In this document: in pieces, positions 60,594-64,000 of the stretch | Position numbering within the stretch: the first letter of the stretch is position 1 | Layout of the letters: every line of letters begins with the position of its first letter | Source of the DNA: Eledone cirrhosa | Lineage: Eukaryota | DNA: 64,000 bases | Assembly: GCA_964016885.1 (NCBI GenBank) | Contig: OZ024759.1 | Location: 33,790,001-33,854,000, forward strand | Reading direction: 5' to 3' | The notes under the pieces: model-generated | The model's input: the letters and a program-made list of their open reading frames with translations, nothing else | Told to the model about the DNA's origin: nothing | Database searches by the model: none | Translations under genes and position numbers: made by a program

Positions 60594-60642
<49 letters not shown>

Positions 60643-60671
60643 ATATATACATATACACATATATATCTATA

Positions 60672-60750
<79 letters not shown>

Positions 60751-60862
60751 GTGTGTGTATGCATATGTATAAATTTATACAGATATATATATATAATTAT
60801 GTATAAATTTATAGGTATATCTATGTATAAATGTATGTTCATGCATACACACATACACACAC

Positions 60863-60899
<37 letters not shown>

Positions 60900-61974
60900 T
60901 ATGGATGTATATGCATCTTTACATATATATGTATGAACGTATATGTATATATACATTATATGTATGAATGTATATATATATATACATATACATACATGAA
61001 TATATATATATACATATACATGTATGAATGTATATGGAATATATATGTATATATACTTATATATGTATATATACCTATATATGTACATATACATATATAT
61101 GTATGAAGGTATATGTATATATACATGTACATTTATGAATGTATATACATATATACAGTATAGAAATATTTAAGTATGCCATCACCAATCTGTACTACAT
61201 TTAAACTAATTTGTTATTCTCCCTGACTTCTATACAAGATAATCTCAGCTTATATATTTTATCTCTAAACGATCTTGTACTAGGTATACCTTGTATAAAC
61301 TTAGTCTTACTTGCATACCTACCTCTAGATAGAATATATATATATTTATATTAAATACATAAAAGGACGATGCCTTCATAACGTTTTTGTATATACATAT
61401 ATACAAGCACATTATATACATACATACATTCATTTATGTCTGGTATTTTGCTTATATATATATATATATCCATCTCGAAACCTGTATTCGCTTAGCCTAA
61501 TTTGGGCCTCATTAACGAGATTAAAGTTTTCAGTTTCTACAAATTAGAGATTTAAGGAAATTAATGTAAGAGTAAATTAATTATTGCGTAATTTGACAAA
61601 ATGGTGATGCAGTACTAAGCTAATTATTGCCAAAATAAAGTAGCACCACGTGATGAGGATCAAATATTCTCTACTTAATTCTTAATTCATTAGCGTAGAT
61701 AAAAATAGATTTATTTACCTTAATGGGGAGAACATGGATGACTAGGCCTTTTTTTTTATGTTGTCAGAATATCGTTTTTGTCCTTTGTTTTGTTTTATCA
61801 TTGTTTAATTAAAAGTTGGGAGAAAGCATTTAATATCTCCTTAAAACCCTGCTTGGTATTTGTCATGTCTTTTGAATTTCATTTTGTACGTAGGTAATGT
61901 AACGAGGAACTGGAATTTTAAAATGTGTTTCCCATATCAAATCCCAATAAATTCTTGAACTGAAGCAAACATAT

Positions 61975-62462
<488 letters not shown>

Positions 62463-62526
62463 CGATTCTTTGCTTAAACTTTAATCTGTTATTTTAATTT
62501 AAAAAAAAAAAAAAAAATTTTAAACA

Positions 62527-62604
<78 letters not shown>

Positions 62605-62612
62605 CAGCATCG

Positions 62613-62667
<55 letters not shown>

Positions 62668-63126
62668 AATTGGAAGCAATTTAAGATCTTGGATGTGGCC
62701 TTGTCATTCACACTTCAATAAAAGGAGTGAAGCGGTGATTGTTAAGTTGGAAACCAGAAATCAACAAAGCTATTGTTCAGTATGTGAATATAAAAATATT
62801 TCTCTGATAATATCACAAATAATATCACAAATAATATTACTTAAACAACAACAATAACAAACATCAACCTCTTAATTTCTATGATTCTGTAACCTATTTT
62901 GTTATAAGTCCACGTCAGCAACATTTTCACATTCTGTATTTATTACATTAAAATCCTACTTTTAGTTATATTTCTTCGATTGAAACGTCTAGAGGTTTTC
63001 GATAAAATGTTTGATGTTAATGCATCAGTCAAAATCATAAAAGTGTTGGATGCTGGATTGTGTAAATGGTACATATAATTGACAATTGATACAATACAAT
63101 AATATAAACAACAGTCATACTTCTTA

Positions 63127-63188
<62 letters not shown>

Positions 63189-63257
63189 AAAAAGAGATGA
63201 AATCGAAAATGCAACTGAAGTCTTATTTTAAAAAAAAATATATATATTTATTTGGTT

Positions 63258-63295
63258 CCTTTACCGGTTTCGCAGTTCTTCTGTTTTTCAAAAGG
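63258..63295 (-). ncRNA. Minimal hammerhead ribozyme variant with U3:A8 core
   Basis: Reverse complement reads CCTT-TTGAAAA-ACAG-AAGAA-CTGC-GAAA-CCGG-TA-AAGG. A 16-bp hairpin follows at 63320-63358. Confidence 0.6.
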
Positions 63296-63554
63296 TGAGT
63301 TGAGATGGAGGGTCTGTGGTTTTTCTCACATCTGGAGACCAACCAGATGTGAGAAAAACGGCCACGATTTTCTCACCTCTTTCTATTCAAACTGGCTGTA
63401 ACTGGCCACTCATATTTATGTTAAGGTATTGTTCTCAAAATAGATAATATTAAATCTCATGAATCAATATTATGTGAGATAATTGTGTGAAGTAAAGCCT
63501 TTACCACAACAATATAATAGTATATATAGAATCATGTTAATGGTAATGGGTTAC

Positions 63555-63624
63555 CGAGCATGTGCCTAAATATGAGGGTCGGATGGAAATTCCATCGGCT
63601 GACTATGATGAAGTGATGCTTGGT
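63555..63624 (-). CDS. Weak candidate upstream exon (70 bp): TKHHFIIVSRWNFHPTLIFRHML
   Basis: Acceptor AATTTCACAG and a weaker donor TCG|GTAACC. Only frame 0 is open, and it ends in phase 1, matching exon 51251-51326. Confidence 0.22.
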
Positions 63625-63791
63625 CTGTGAAATTTTGCATGCATACATTTCAACTGTTCTTATTAATAATTCTATTATTTCTTTCCAGAGACTATTCGGT
63701 CATTCCATGAAAGTTTCTTGGTAGGGCTATGGACGTTTAAGACTATAAGAAGGAGAGAGAGAAAGAGATAGAGAGAGAGAGAGAGAGATAG

Positions 63792-63887
<96 letters not shown>

Positions 63888-64000
63888 GAAGAAGAAGAGG
63901 AAAAGATGAGCTGTGGAGGTTGAACGAAAATATAAAGTAATGGATCAAACAAAGAGAGAAAAAAGCAAGAGATTTAGGAAATTGAATAATGTTATAAGAA

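Overview
This is AT-rich eukaryotic (animal) genomic DNA dominated by (TA)n, (CA)n, (GA)n and trinucleotide microsatellites, with one 200-N assembly gap (52827-53026). The Deu/Nin-domain tRNA-derived SINE family and the extreme (TA)n load suggest an octopod cephalopod; that is inference, not verified. Almost all ORFs in the track are microsatellite artefacts. Three small phase-compatible minus-strand exons (51251-51326, 49016-49069, 35885-35957) appear to belong to an unidentified gene with long introns. Other content: more than 12 SINE copies, RTE-clade LINE remnants (one with a twin-priming 5' inversion), a non-autonomous Helitron and several minisatellites. The main signal is a dense set of short non-coding elements inserted in (TA)n tracts. 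They carry minimal type I hammerhead ribozyme (HHR) motifs of the Penelope-like element (PLE)/retrozyme kind from several unrelated families. Many are long fold-back palindromes (arms about 50-210 bp), and two have a compensatory U3:A8 core.
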